A DNA stretch of 64,000 nucleotides from Vicinamibacterales bacterium (GTDB lineage: Bacteria > Acidobacteriota > Vicinamibacteria > Vicinamibacterales > UBA2999). Within the stretch, counting starts at the first letter, position 1, and every line of letters begins with the position of its first letter. A model generated the notes under the pieces. The model worked only from the letters and a program-made list of their open reading frames with translations. It made no database searches and was not told the origin of the DNA. Positions 63,903-64,000 of this stretch are shown here, one piece after another. The position numbers and the translations under genes are program-made. Location: contig JAUXWO010000049.1 of assembly GCA_030680175.1 (NCBI GenBank), positions 10,873-74,872 on the forward strand, given 5' to 3'.

Positions 63903-64000
63903 CTACACCATCTCCGTGCGCCAGAGGTCGTGCAGGTGGACGACGCCCTCGACGCGGCGCCGCTCGTCCACGACGACGATCGACGTAATCTTGCGTTGTT
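63903..64000 (-). CDS. 3' end of a CBS-domain protein, probably arabinose-5-phosphate isomerase (KdsD/KpsF)
   Basis: My own translation of the minus strand gives ...QRKITSIVVVDERRRVEGVVHLHDLWRTEMV*, which matches the typical KdsD C-terminal CBS motif. The gene lies 6 nt upstream of lapB. Only 32 codons are visible. Confidence 0.5.
   Translation of the reverse strand, partial: QRKITSIVVVDERRRVEGVVHLHDLWRTEMV

Overview
Very GC-rich bacterial chromosomal segment (GC judged by eye, not computed). It comes from a diderm organism: a TonB-dependent receptor, LolA, LapB, KdsD and two secretins are present. A high-GC Acidobacteriota-like lineage is my guess only. The window is densely packed and mostly housekeeping. 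In order: TonB-dependent receptor (5' partial); TPR membrane protein plus Zn-ribbon/RDD pair; pgpA-cinA; plsY-gpsA; ftsY; ribD-ribE-ribBA; ffh-rpsP-KH-rimM-trmD-rplS-rnhB; a large TPR protein; a ThiE/TenI-like gene; a RodZ-like gene with a coupled unknown; a GHMP-kinase/PolX/66-aa operon (minus strand); the peptidoglycan block nagZ-ldcA-mpl-pxpB-pxpC-murB-murA; a TPR-fused secretin plus lolA (minus); tRNA-Ala(CGC); pfkA; thrC, frr, pyrH, tsf, rpsB, rpsI, rplM (minus); pilMNOPQ followed by three uncharacterised genes; pepP-like, accB, accC, thiE; two Na+-coupled amino-acid transporters (minus); folD, coaE; LemA/DUF2207/DUF5996-like; an NTF2-like lipoprotein; lapB and the kdsD 3' end (minus). 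I found no rRNA, CRISPR-cas, prophage, transposase or recognisable defence island. Most long extra ORFs in the six-frame track are GC-driven shadow frames. The unexplained structure is non-coding. (i) Short tandem repeat arrays with 7-10 nt units fill many intergenic spacers; several share a GGCACC core and some occur as inverted arrays. (ii) A 107-bp periodic array of palindrome-bounded hairpin units follows the RDD gene. (iii) A 172-bp element with 35-bp inverted termini supplies the murB stop codon. (iv) A roughly 240-bp nested palindrome lies between murA and the secretin gene. (v) TATAAT-type boxes recur 6-9 nt from start codons, implying leaderless mRNAs, including one palindromic bidirectional box. 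The most interesting protein-coding candidates are the three genes appended to pilQ and the TPR-fused, lolA-coupled second secretin. I cannot demonstrate a novel protein system from sequence alone.
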